Assembly (NCBI RefSeq): GCF_009914755.1
Contig: NC_060925.1
Origin: the human T2T-CHM13v2.0 reference genome, Homo sapiens
Reading direction: 5' to 3' (one strand)
Length of the DNA stretch: 64,000 nucleotides
In this document: one piece after another, positions 1 through 20,612 of the stretch
Position numbering within the stretch: the stretch's first letter is position 1
Layout of the letters: each line of letters starts with the position of its first letter
Program-made: the position numbers and the translations under genes
Notes under the pieces: generated by a model
Databases searched by the model: none
Told to the model about the DNA's origin: nothing
Seen by the model: only the letters and a program-made list of their open reading frames with translations

Positions 1-2307
<2,307 letters not shown>

Positions 2308-2367
2308 TGTTGCCACCCTATCTCCCAGGAGGAGATGCCTCCTAGATGAGAATCAAAATCACCGACA

Positions 2368-2663
2368 GGCCCAGTGTGGTGGCTCACACCTGTAAAGCCA
2401 ACACTTCAGGAGGCTGAGGCAGGAGGATTACATGAAGCTAGGAGTTCAAGACCAGCCTGAGAAACATAGCAAGACCCTATCTCCATAAAAAATTTAAAAA
2501 TTGGCCAAGCATGGTAATGCCTGCCTGTGGTCCCAGCTACTCAGGAAGCAGGAGTATCACTTGAGCTCAGGAGGTGGAGGCTGTGGTAAGCTACAATCAC
2601 ACCACTGCACCCCAGCCTGGGTAACAGAGGAAGACTCTGCCTCCGGGGGAAAAAAAAAAAAAA
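2368..2663 (+). mobile_element. Alu (AluJ-like)
   Basis: Diverged Alu dimer with A-tail. Confidence 0.9.
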
Positions 2664-2942
2664 TCAAAACAAAGCTACAGTAATCCCATAAAATTTAATG
2701 ACTGATGATGGTAATATTAAGATTAGTATTAGACATTTCCTATAGGAAGAATTCAGTTATTATTAGTTATTACTAATATTGCAAATAATGAAACTAGGGA
2801 ACTATATCATAGATTAGTGCTTGTAACAATGTTAATAACTACTTAATGAAGATTGTTAAAATCAGAATATCTCAAAAATAACAACATTGAACTTAATTTT
2901 CATCCCTTCTGACATTCAAACCACCTTTTATCCAAAACTTAC

Positions 2943-3081
2943 ATGGTGTAGTCATTTTTGTGAAGATAGGAGTCACAATATCTTCCAGTTGTTGTCTCTG
3001 CTCAAAAAGCTCATTAATGGAAGCTTCTGTATGGGTTTCCAACCACTCATTTTTTGCACGGCATGCACTGAGGATGGTATT
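2943..3081 (-). CDS. ANKRD45: ANKRD45 coding exon (exon 5, 139 nt; NTILSACRAKNEWLETH...IFTKMTTP)
   Basis: Acceptor CCCTAG| at 3082-3083 and donor |GTAAG at 2942. It continues the exon 4 frame in phase 0 and matches the recalled ANKRD45 protein. It is not in the ORF track. The final exon is outside the window. Confidence 0.93.
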
Positions 3082-3151
3082 CTAGGGACAGAAATACAGA
3101 GTTTGCTCTCCACTTATTTATTGAAAAATAAAACTCAACAGTATCTCTAAA

Positions 3152-3360
3152 CCAGCACGTCCAACTGAACTTTCTGTGATGATAGAAATATTCTGTACCT
3201 GCATTGTCCAATACAGTAGCCATTAGATATAAATAGCTATTGAGCACTAGAAATGTGGCTAGGGTGACTAAGGAACTACATTTTAAATTTTATTTAATTT
3301 TAAATAATTCAAATTTGAATAGTCACATGTGGCTAGTATCTATTATATTGGACAGTGCAG
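3152..3360 (+). mobile_element. MER3 (hAT-Charlie non-autonomous DNA transposon)
   Basis: Resembles the MER3 consensus (GTCCAA..GAACTTTCTGTGATGAT...CACATGTGGCTAGT...ATTGGACAGTGCAG), with terminal inverted repeats. Confidence 0.85.
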
Positions 3361-5064
3361 CTCTAACGTTAGTGGAATATGAGCACAATAAAACTCACCA
3401 TCGAGAGTCATGAAGCCTGGTACCATTCTACACTTTCTCCCTAATTCTTTATTTTTGTTAAGCCCTGTGACTAAAAGAAGTACTTGCAAAGACCAGAAAA
3501 GAATGGGTGGATGGTATGAGTTGCATGCAACTCAAAAGACAATGCTGATATTTTATTCCCTCTCAAATGGTTCACAGAAGGAGGAAGTTCAAGAAATACA
3601 AGAAAAGCTCCATCTTACTGAAAATCTCTCAATTTGCACTGTAAAATTATCTCATCGCACATATGCAGCAAATTTCTGATGTCTGATTTAAGATGTTTAT
3701 TATACTATGGTCTGTAAAAATAAAGATAAATAAATACATTTGTGGTATGTCCTGTCCATACTGTTAAATAATAAGCAGTAGCATATGCAGAAGTATGTAG
3801 AAGCAGGTAGACTTAGAGAGGTGTCCATAATATCTTATTGAGAAGGAAAAAAAGTAAAATTAAAGAATAATATATATAAGTGTGATCTCATTTTTATAAA
3901 AACAAAATCTTTCATAAAATTCCTATTATGTGTATGGATACATATGATTATATAAGTGAAAGGGAAAACATAACACAAAATTATTTTTGAAACCACATAG
4001 TAGGTATTAAGAATAGAAATAGAAAAGGGAAAACTATTATGTTTGCTTTAGACATTCTGATTTTTTCTAATTATTACTATGTATACATAATAATTTCTAG
4101 TTCAAATAATCAAATTTTTAAAAATTAAATTAAGAATGTTCTAGTAACTAGTTTGACAAAGCACTATTTCTTTGTGTCAGGAAAATTTTGCTTTGCAGAT
4201 CTGATAGCTCCAAATGCTATTCTAATAAATTTTGCCTACATTTTGTTTGTTTCACAAGAGATTTTGCAGAGTACTCTACAAGACACAAGTGCAATGTATA
4301 ACTTATCAAGTGCTAGACTTGGTGATATCTTATACTTTTAGCAATACCTAATTCTTTTTCATCTGAATAATAAGTCACAGGAAATTCACAGAGCATCCTG
4401 CACAAAAATAAATGAAATAATTTAAAACCAAAACACATTTCTGATACCTTCAGTATATTTTTTAAATGTACATTCAGAGCACTAAACTATTCCACAGGGA
4501 ATGCTTAGATCTAGTACTTAGATATGTGGCAAGTGGGCTTTAAAATTACTGTGTTTACAGCTGTGTATCTCTTTTCCCATTCTGGAAAATTTGACACATT
4601 AAATAATATGCAATGTATTTGTACATGTACATATATACTAAAATATACAATGTATATCTCAGTTTTGAAGCAAAATAATGAAATGAATATTTCCATTGTA
4701 TTATTTTGGACCCTACCAGTCCAGAACCAGAACACTACCAGTACTATTAATACAGCTTCTGTCCCTCCCCATCCCACCCCCCGACTGCCTTCAAGAGATA
4801 ACTATGATCTGTGCTTATCCCTTTGCTTGGCTTTTTAAATAGTTTTACTCCCATATGTAGGCATCCCTAAATTATATAGTTTGATATTGCTTGTTTTTGA
4901 GCTTTATAAAAGTCTATGTAGTCTTTGATAATTTTTTTTACTCAATATTACATTTCTAAGATTCAGCCATGTTGCTGGGTTTGATACTTAGTACATCTCT
5001 ATGTCACTCTTTAATACTATTTATTTTAGTTTTGATCAGACTATCCTCTATTAGAAGTTTATAA

Positions 5065-5125
5065 AGAAAGGAAGGGAAGGTAGGAGGGAAGAAGGAAAGA
5101 AAGAGGGAGGAGGGAGGAAGTAAGG
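5065..5125. repeat. Purine-rich (GGAA/GGAG) low-complexity tract
   Basis: Seen directly in the sequence. Confidence 0.8.
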
Positions 5126-5220
5126 ACCACTACCTGCCTTTAGAACATCAGTGCAAAAATTAAAATGTAAGACAAAATTCTCAAAACACTACAGAACAAG
5201 CAATAATCACAATACAGTAC

Positions 5221-5315
5221 CTTGTCTTCCTTAAGGAGTTTCCCTGATCCCTTTTCTGTGTCAGTAACAGCTAAAGAGACTTTTGCAATATATTTTTTCA
5301 GAGTCAGCCTTGCAT
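5221..5315 (-). CDS. ANKRD45: ANKRD45 coding exon (exon 4, 95 nt; DARLTLKKYIAKVSLAVTDTEKGSGKLLKEDK)
   Basis: Acceptor TTTCAG| at 5316-5317 and donor |GTACTG at 5220. Phase 1 in and phase 0 out, consistent with the neighbouring exons. Confidence 0.95.
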
Positions 5316-5354
5316 CTGAAAGAATGGACAGAAACACACACATGACAAGACAAA

Positions 5355-12445
<7,091 letters not shown>

Positions 12446-12489
12446 CATAGCACTCCACAGATACAGACATATAGATTTAGATAGATACA

Positions 12490-12632
12490 ATTATTTTCTG
12501 TATCTCCCTACTAGAAAGTAAACTCCATGAAGGTAATGATTCTGTTTTGGGCTACGTTGTGTATATATTCTCAGCTCCTAGAACAATGTTTAGCACACAG
12601 TCAGCACTCAGCAAATATTTGTTATATGAATG
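12490..12632. mobile_element. L2 3' end fragment
   Basis: CTAGAAAGTAAACTCCATGAAGG...AGCACACAGTCAGCACTCAGCAAATATTTGTT resembles the L2 terminus. Similar fragments occur at about 12930-13085 and 14135-14190. Confidence 0.7.
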
Positions 12633-13369
12633 CTTACACAAAATGTCTTTGCTTATTATGCTTCCCCAATCTTAGATACCCTCTCTACACTGCCACCTAT
12701 AAAAATTCTACTCATTCTTCAAAGCCTACTCACATATCTTTTTCTGCAAAATTTCCTAATTCCCCCAAGTGGGACTCATTGCCCTCTCAACAGTTATGTG
12801 ATTATAATTTTATTTAGTTCTCATTTAGTAAAATCTAAAATTTTTTAGATTTAGTAAAATGAGAACTATTTATTTTTTATAATAAAATCAGAATCATTTT
12901 AATTATTATATTACTTTTTGCTTTTACCTCTAGATTGTACACTCCTTAAAGGCAAGGTCTATGTCCCATCTTTTTATCATATACCATGCCACCTTCCTCA
13001 CCCCTCACCCACTACCTGATAGTACCACATCACCACCACAGGAATATATTATAAGGGACAGGCACTCAATATTTGTTGAACTATTTGAAGGGAAGGACAT
13101 TCCCAAACAAAAAAATAAAAGCAGATGCTGGGTTATGTGAAGTGGTATACTATTTTTTAAGTAAATGTAAAACTGCAGTGCTTCAGAAGAAATGTTAGAG
13201 GTGACATGAGTAAATTGTTTCCATAAGATTCTATTAATATGACTATAGTTGAATTTATTAGCTAGCAAAATATTAGTAAAGTGTTCACTTTTAAGAAAAT
13301 TGAAGAAGCTCAAACCATTCTGGCAAAACAACAACACAACAACAACAAAAAAGTATCTTTAAGAAACTC

Positions 13370-13470
13370 AATGTGATTGGTCAGGTGACACCTTTTAGTT
13401 CCAATGTGGTTATTTATGATGTCACTGAACTTATCCCTGAGTCACTATGACTGATGATGTTACAATGATC
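13370..13470 (+). promoter_or_regulatory. Putative TEX50 proximal promoter (CCAAT boxes, CRE-like and AP-1 motifs)
   Basis: ATTGG 13376-13380, CCAAT 13401-13405, TGATGTCA 13417-13424, TGAGTCA 13438-13444 and TGATGTTA 13455-13462, in unique sequence 200-300 bp upstream of the ATG. Promoter function is inferred. Confidence 0.5.
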
Positions 13471-13676
13471 ATCACTGTATCCTTTGCTGGGCATATTTTG
13501 CTGACTGGCAAGGTTATATGAAGTGCTTTTATTGAAGCACCATTTTAACTAATAGCTCCTGGTATTTTCTGCTTCCCTTCGTAGGGAATTTAGTTATTTT
13601 ATTTTATTATTTAGCTAATTTAGCTATTTTAAAATAGCTAAATTTTAGCTACTTTTTTTTCAATTGACAAAGAAGG

Positions 13677-14000
13677 ATGTCTAATCAAAGACTACCGCTG
13701 ATTTTTTCTCTGTTGTTTATCTGCTTCTTCGGGGAGAGTTTCTGCATTTGTGATGGAACTGTCTGGACAAAGGTTGGATGGGAGATTCTTCCAGAAGAAG
13801 TACATTATTGGAAAGTTAAGGGTTCTCCATCTCACTGCCTGCCTTATCTTCTGGATAAACTATGCTGCGACTTTGCTAACATGGATATATTTCAGGGTTG
13901 TTTATATCTCATTTATAATTTATTACAAGCTGTCTTCTTCGTCTTATTTGTTTTGTCTGTGCATTACCTGTGGAAGAAATGGAAGAAACACCAAAAAAAG
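13677..14000 (+). CDS. TEX50: TEX50 (testis-expressed 50) coding exon 1: signal-peptide-like N-terminus, Cys-rich segment, transmembrane helix
   Basis: ATG at 13677 in the context AGGATGT, then 108 codons to the donor AAG|GTGAAT at 14001. [27 protein letters not shown] is recognised as TEX50. Confidence 0.92.
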
Positions 14001-14981
14001 GTGAATTCGTGATACAAGTAGTAATAGTTACAAAATCTCTAAGGGTTTAGAACATAATATTACTAGTTTCTTTGAGAGAGGGTACCGTGTTTTATTCCTC
14101 ATTGTAACCTTCCCCCAACTTCCCATTCATTCCCAGCATCTAGCACAGTATCTTGCTCATACTAGGTGTTCAACAAATGTGTATTGAATTAGAAGGTCCT
14201 TAGAATCATCTAGCCCCCTCTACTTCAAGTTACAAAACACACCAAAAAAAGTAGTGTGCTACCATGAGGAGAATGTATGGAAAATCAAGTTATCTGTCTG
14301 GGTCCTTAGGTAAGTCATTTGCTCTATCTCAGTTGCCTCATCCACAAAAGGATCTGTAACAAGAGATCTCTTAGAACCCTTTCAGATGTATCTAAGAAAT
14401 CTAAGTACAAAAGGTGTCATGTAATTTTTATATGGGCTATAAACTAATTGCTAATATTAGAACAACTTTCTGAGAAATGGAGCTTTTAAACTATTACATA
14501 ATTTCCCACTTTGCCAATAGATGACACCATAGTTTGAGAGGCAACCTTAAAAGCTCTTTGATCAAAAAACAAACAAAACCTCATTGACCTTCAGAAGAAT
14601 TAGATATTTATAAATGTTTTCTTATTTTTAAAATGACTATTACTTTATGGTGTTATACCTTGAGGTTCTTTCATAAACGAATACATTTTGCTAATCAAAT
14701 AATTTCTCCCAAGAGAGTACCCTAAACATAGGACACACTAATTGTTTGCTGATGGTGATAAGGATCATACATGTGGCATATAGATAACATTTCCTCTGCA
14801 CTTATACCTTACTTCTATAGTAACCTTCCTTTAGTATAAATAATTGATGTGTGCTGTTTTAATAAGGTTTGTTTACATATTTAGAACATAAATTTAATTT
14901 GAACTATATTATTAACTATACTATAGTATTGAACTCTACTGTTTTATGTAGATAAAATCTGTATTGTTTTTCTCCTTTTAG

Positions 14982-15191
14982 CTGAAAAAGCAAGCCTCCT
15001 TAGAAAAACCTGGTAATGATCTAGAAAGCCCATTGATCAACAACATTGACCAAACACTCCACAGAGTGGCAACCACAGCATCAGTGATATACAAGATCTG
15101 GGAGCACAGGTCTCACCATCCTTCCTCTAAGAAAATTAAGCACTGCAAATTAAAGAAGAAGAGTAAAGAAGAAGGAGCCAGAAGATACTAA
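14982..15191 (+). CDS. TEX50: TEX50 coding exon 2 ([13 protein letters not shown]...KEEGARRY*), basic C-terminal tail; 177 aa in total
   Basis: A polypyrimidine tract and TTTTAG| acceptor end at 14981. The phase 0 join gives 69 codons plus TAA at 15189-15191. It is absent from the ORF track because it has no start codon. Confidence 0.92.
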
Positions 15192-15257
15192 ATATATGCA
15201 TATGCAAATGTAGCTTAGTCAAATATAGATATCACAAAAGAAATCTATCATCTAAGG

Positions 15258-15263
15258 ATTAAA
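15258..15263 (+). terminator. Candidate TEX50 polyadenylation signal ATTAAA
   Basis: Variant hexamer 67 nt after the stop. A second ATTAAA is at about 15356. Confidence 0.55.
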
Positions 15264-15405
15264 AATTGTTCTTTGGAAACCTTTATAAACTTTTTGCCAC
15301 AATCTTTACTAAAATTTTCCAAAGAAGCCTGGGTTGAAATGTTACTTCCCATTCAATTAAAAAAGAACCCGGACTTACTAAAGTACTAGAGAAGAAATTG
15401 TATAC

Positions 15406-15979
15406 TGTAGAAAATGAAATAGAGGTTCCTCTTCAAAGGGACATTCCTCCCAGTCTAATTCAGAATAGATAGTAACCTCTCTTAGAAGCAAAATTTACTC
15501 AAAGACCTGTGCTAATATTCTTAAATTCTGCTAGCTGTAATAAAGAAATCAATATACTCTGTTCTTAGCTCCCACATTTTAGCATAGGTATTTGCCCTGG
15601 CATGCCTGAATAGGTCCAAGCAAGCATGAGGTCATAGCCTGTTTCTCTTTCCTTATTTGTAAGTGTTTTTGCCTCTCTCAGCATTCCACAGGTTAATTCC
15701 TCTCTTCCTTTGTTCTCCTCTGCCTTTGCCTCTTTTGGGAAGTTCTAAGTTGCTAGCCAATCAGGTTGAGTACAGAATGTGAGGTCCCATTCCAGCCAAT
15801 GGAAACCGGACACAGCAGTAGGGTGGATGCATCAGGTTATAAATTACCCTGTCTCTTTTGTTGGTGTGTGGCAAGACTGCTAGCAAGCAGCACCCTTTCT
15901 GCAGAAAGTAAACTAGCCTTGCTGAGAGATCCTTTGTCTCAGTGTTGATTTTTGCAACACTAAGCACCCGTTCCCAACA
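15406..15979 (+). repeat. 5' LTR (LTR10 family), 574 bp
   Basis: TGTAGAAAATG...CCCAACA, a direct repeat of 20613-21194. It has two CCAAT boxes, TTATAAAT and AGTAAA. Confidence 0.95.
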
Positions 15980-15982
15980 ATT

Positions 15983-16000
15983 TGGTGGCCCGTAGGGGAT
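15983..16000 (+). other. Primer binding site complementary to the tRNA-Ile 3' end
   Basis: TGGTGGCCCGTAGGGGA differs by one deleted base from the Ile PBS TGGTGGCCCGTACGGGGA. It lies 3 nt after the 5' LTR. Confidence 0.88.
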
Positions 16001-16249
16001 TAACATTCCCCTCTGGGACAGTCTTTGGTCCTCTCTCATGGGGAGGTGCCCCACTGCCCATTGTAGCAGCCCCTGGAGGACAGCCAGGACCTACCCGGAG
16101 CAAGGAATATAGTTGGATTCTCAGCAACGCAGGGAAAGAGAGAGGCTTGCAGGACCACAGTGACCAGGTGACTCCATGCACGGGCCAAGGTAGGAAAAGC
16201 TGCAAGAGGGTGGCAAAGTATTTCCTTGGTGGTCAGCTTTTGGAGGCTG

Positions 16250-16275
16250 AGTGTGTGTGTGTGTGTGTGTGTGTG
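16250..16275. repeat. (GT)n microsatellite in the proviral leader
   Basis: Seen directly in the sequence. Confidence 0.95.
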
Positions 16276-16777
16276 AACGACTACCAGTCTGTTGCTGGAC
16301 AGAGTGCATGAACACAAACAGGAAGGGTGTAAGGAACCACCGAAAGGGAAAAGGAGGAAGGTTAACCTCCCAGGGAAAGAGAATCGGCGAGACATCTCTG
16401 GTGTGAGAGATTGAGCCTTTCACAAGCCTTTAAGGATGGGACAGCCAAGACATCCCCAGTCTGAAGAATCTGGGGGATTGAGCCTTGCCGGGAAAAGAAT
16501 AGGCGAGACATCCCTAGCACAAGGGATTGGGCCTATCTAGGATCCAACATGGGAAAAGGCCCTTGGCAAGCCTCCAAAGGAAGGAAGGGCAAGAAGCCTC
16601 TAGTAGGAGAGGTTGAGCCACCCCCAGCCCCCTGCCGCTGCCATATCCAGGAGTGCTAGAAACCTCCAGCAAGGAGCAAGGGGGGTTGAAAGCTCCAGGG
16701 AAAGGGCCTATCCCAGGCACCACCCCAAAACTTCAAGATAGGAAATGTTTCGAGTAAGACAGGGAAGATAAACACCT

Positions 16778-18687
16778 GTGGCTACAGCAATATTAGTTGA
16801 AGAAAGTAGAAAATTAACCTTTGGGGGGAGATTAACTGTAAGCACGCCCCACCAAGTTAGAGCTATTTTAAATCAAAAAGCAGGAAGGTGGCTTACTGAC
16901 TCCAGAATCTTGAAATATAAGGCTATTTTGCTAGAAAAAGATGATTTACCCTTGACTACTGATAATTCACTCAACCCAGCGGGTTTCTTGGCAGGAGACC
17001 CAAATTTAAAAAACACTCGTGTCTAGATTTGACTGACTACCAAACAAAAGTCAGGCCAGATCTAGGAGAGGCCCCTTTTAAAACAGGACGGCACTGGTTT
17101 ATAGATGGTTCCCCCAAAATAGTCAAAGGAGAAAAACATAATAGGTATTCAGTAATTGATGGAGAAACTCTTGAAGAAGTAGAGTCAGGAAGACTGCCCA
17201 ATAATTAGTCTGCCCAAACCTGTGTCCTGTTTGCACTCAACCAAGCTTTGAAACATTTGCAGAACAAAGAAGGAACTGTTTATACTGATTCTAAGTATGC
17301 CTTTGGCGTGGCACATACAGTTAGAAAAATTTGGGCTGAGCAAGGTCTTATTAACAGTAAAGGCCAAGATCTAGTCCACAAAGAACTAATTTTTCGTGTC
17401 CTAGACAATCTCCAGTTGCCAGAAGAGATAGCTATTGTACATGTCCCAGGGCATAAAGGACTTTTCTTTCACAAGTCAGGGAAATAACCAAATGACCTTG
17501 CAGATCAGATAACCAAACAAGCTGCTGTTTCTTCTAAAATGCCTTTCACTTAACTCCTTGCCTTCCTTCCCCTACTGCAGTCCCCATCTTCTCTTCCACT
17601 AAAAAAGGAAAAGTTAATAAAAATAGAAGCTAAAGAGAACACAGAAGGAAAATGGATACTACCAGATCAAAGGGAGATGTTATCCAAACCTCTCATAAGG
17701 GAGTTCTTAACCATGGTTCTCAGCCTTCATGGGTGTATAGGAATTTATACCCTAGCCAAGCAAGTTACAAATAGTTGTCTAAAATGTTAAGAAAACCAAC
17801 AAACAAGTCATAAAGAAATCACCTCCAAGGGGGAGGGATCCAGGACTAAGGCCATTCCAAAGTGTTCAAATGAACTGCACTGAAATGACTCCAATCGTTT
17901 GCCTCAAGTATTTGTTGGTAATAGTAGATCAGCTCAACTCACTAGATTGAAGCTACCTCCTTTTCAAATGCAACAGCTAATAATGTAGTTAAAGCATTAA
18001 TTGAGAATATAGTGCCCAAATTTGGGCTAATAGAGAATATTGACTCAGACAATGGAACCTATCTCACAGCCCATGTCATTAAGAAGCTATCCCAGGTTTT
18101 AAACATTAGATGGGAGTATCATACCCCTTGGCATCCACCTTCATCAGGGAGGGTAGAAAGGATGAATCAGACTTTAAAGAACCATTTAACCAAATTAGTT
18201 CTAGAAACTCATTTACTGTGGACCAAATGTCTTCCCATTGCCTTATTGAGGATCAGGACAGCTCCCTGAAAGGATATAGGCCTGTCTCCATATGAAATGT
18301 TATATGGATTGCCTTATTTACATTCCTAAGCTGATGTTCCTGTGTTTAAAACTAAGGATCAGTTCCTGAGCAATTATATACTTGGTCTCTCCTCTACCTT
18401 TTCTTCTCTTAAGGTCAAAGGTCTCTTAGCACAGGCCACCACTAGAATTTCCAGCACACCAGCACCAACCCAGGGACCACCTTCTCATCAAAGGGTGGAA
18501 GGAAGGGAAACTCGAGCCCACCTGGGAAGGCCCCTATCTGGTGCTGTTAACCACCGAGACTGCCGTCCGCACAGCTGAGAAAGGATGGACCCACCATACT
18601 CTAGTTAAGAAAGCAGCTTCCTCGTCAGAATCATGGGTTGCTGTACCAGGATTGAGTCCTACCAAGTTGAAGTTAAAGAAAGCTTAA
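16778..18687 (+). pseudogene. HERV-I pol remnant (connection, RNase H, integrase)
   Basis: RWLTDSRILKY, VYTDSKYAFGVAH, IDSDNG...HPPSSGRVERMNQTLK and WEGPYLV, broken by stops and frameshifts. Confidence 0.92.
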
Positions 18688-18699
18688 TTTTTATATACC

Positions 18700-20594
18700 T
18701 TCTATATTGCTTCCTTTCCTTTCCTTATTCTGTTACTAGCTCCTTTGTTATTAATGTAACTAAGTCTGACTCACCTCAGACCATTGCCTTTAATGCTTGC
18801 TCTGTCACACCTTGTGGAGATGTGAAAGATCAATGACAGCTAGCCTTTTCACACAAATATTTATGCCCCAGCCCTCTAACTGACACAGTTATTCCTAGCT
18901 CTCATAGTTGTGATCGCCTGCAGCTGAGACACCAATTGTCTGCTCCTACAGCCTGGCAACCTTGCAGTAGCTGGAACTATGTCCTTTGAACTACTCAGGA
19001 GCAAGGTTAGACTTCCACGGAAGAGGTTTGTGCAAATCTAAAATCCCTCACCTATTTCTGTCAGCCTTATCAGTGTAACCCTGTCCTTCTCTCTCTCACC
19101 ACCTCCACCTTAACTGATTCTAAACTTGCCCTTGTTCACTTCTATGGTATGGGGATTGATGTAAATGGGAAAGACCCCCTAGGCATTTTTGAGATATGCA
19201 TTATTCCCCAGTCTTCCCCTTCTTCGGTAGCCTCAGTTTTAAATCCCACACCAGTTGCTCCTACACCTAATGATAAAACTAGGGTGTCTATTGTGAAAGT
19301 GAAATATCTTAAGACAGACCTTAGCCATTGAGATAGGATATCAAGATGCAAATGCCTGGCTGAAATCGATTAAATATTCCATTCGCACTTTAAATAAAAG
19401 CGATTGTTACGCTTGTGCACACGGTAGGCCAGAGGCCCAGACTGTCCCCTTTCCACTTGGATGGGCTCCTCGTTGACCAAGCATGGACTGTATGGTGGCT
19501 CTCTTCCAGAATCCCACTGCTTGGGATAATCCATCATGCCAAGCTCTCTCTGCTGTTTCCTGAAGTTCAACACACTGAGGGTCAGGCCCAGAGGGCAATC
19601 CAGCTTCCACCTCTAAATGCCAAGTTTACTTCCTGCCTCTCATGGCAAGGGGAGAATTTAGTGTTCCTTGGAAGCATAAAAAGATGCAAGGAGCTCAGGC
19701 CTTTCCAGAAGCTTGTTCATCAGTCCCCGAGCTGTATGATGGTACTGTGGAGGACCTTTACTGGACACTCTGCCTTATAATTGGAGTGGTACTTGTGCTC
19801 TAATCCAATTGACTATCCCCTTCACCCTGGCATTTCGTCAGTCTGCGAAAGTAAAAACAAGACACTGCAGGCCAAGGGAAACTCCATTTGAGTCCTTTGA
19901 TCCTCAGGTTTACATAGATGCTATTGGGGTCCCATGAGGAGTGCCAGATAAGTTTAAAGCATGGAATCAAATAGCTACAGGATTTGAATCTACATTGTTC
20001 TGGTGGTTAACTACATATCTATAAATAAAAATATAGACTGGATAAACTATATTACAATCAGCAATGATTCATAAATTATACTAGGGACTCCATCGAAGGG
20101 ATAGCTGAGCAAATAAGACCTACCAGCCAGATGGCCTGGAAAAATAGAATAGCCTTAGATATGATATTAGCAGAAAAAGGAGGTGTTTGCATAATGATTG
20201 AAACTCAATGTTGTACCTTTATTCCTAATAATACTACCCCTGATGGAACTATAACAAGAGTGCTACAAGGATTAACAGCCCTATCCAATGAACTTGCCAA
20301 AAATTCTGGATTAGATGATCCTTTTTCTAAAAGACAGAACATTGGTTCAGGGGATGGAAAGGGATTTTCACTTCAATTCTCACCTCGTTAGCTCTTGTTA
20401 TTGGTGTACTTATTCTCATAGGCTGTTGTATTATTACCTGCCTTCAAAGTTTTATACAAAAACTTGTCTCTGCCACTCTTACAAAGTTAATTCCTAACTT
20501 TTCTTCACCCTATTCAGAAAGATTACTTCTCTTAAAAGGACAAACAGAGCAACTGAGTCAAGACATGTTAAACAAGTTTAAAGAGGAATTATAA
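18700..20594 (+). pseudogene. HERV-I env remnant
   Basis: Immunosuppressive-domain motif NRIALDMILAEKGGVC and CX6CC (CIMIETQCC) at 20131-20391. The frame is disrupted. Confidence 0.9.
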
Positions 20595-20612
20595 AATAAA
20601 AGAGGGGGGAAT

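Noticed and set aside
14001-14012. ORF-track extension of TEX50 (...KKVNS*)
   Set aside because: It is read-through past the GT donor at 14001. The real frame continues at 14982.
15895-15908. Palindrome CTTTCTGCAGAAAG
   Set aside because: It is short and present in both LTRs, so it is a built-in LTR feature.
20131-20391. Possible domesticated (syncytin-like) env, here and at 62736-63353
   Set aside because: Both env genes have multiple stops and frameshifts; only short motif-bearing pieces remain open.
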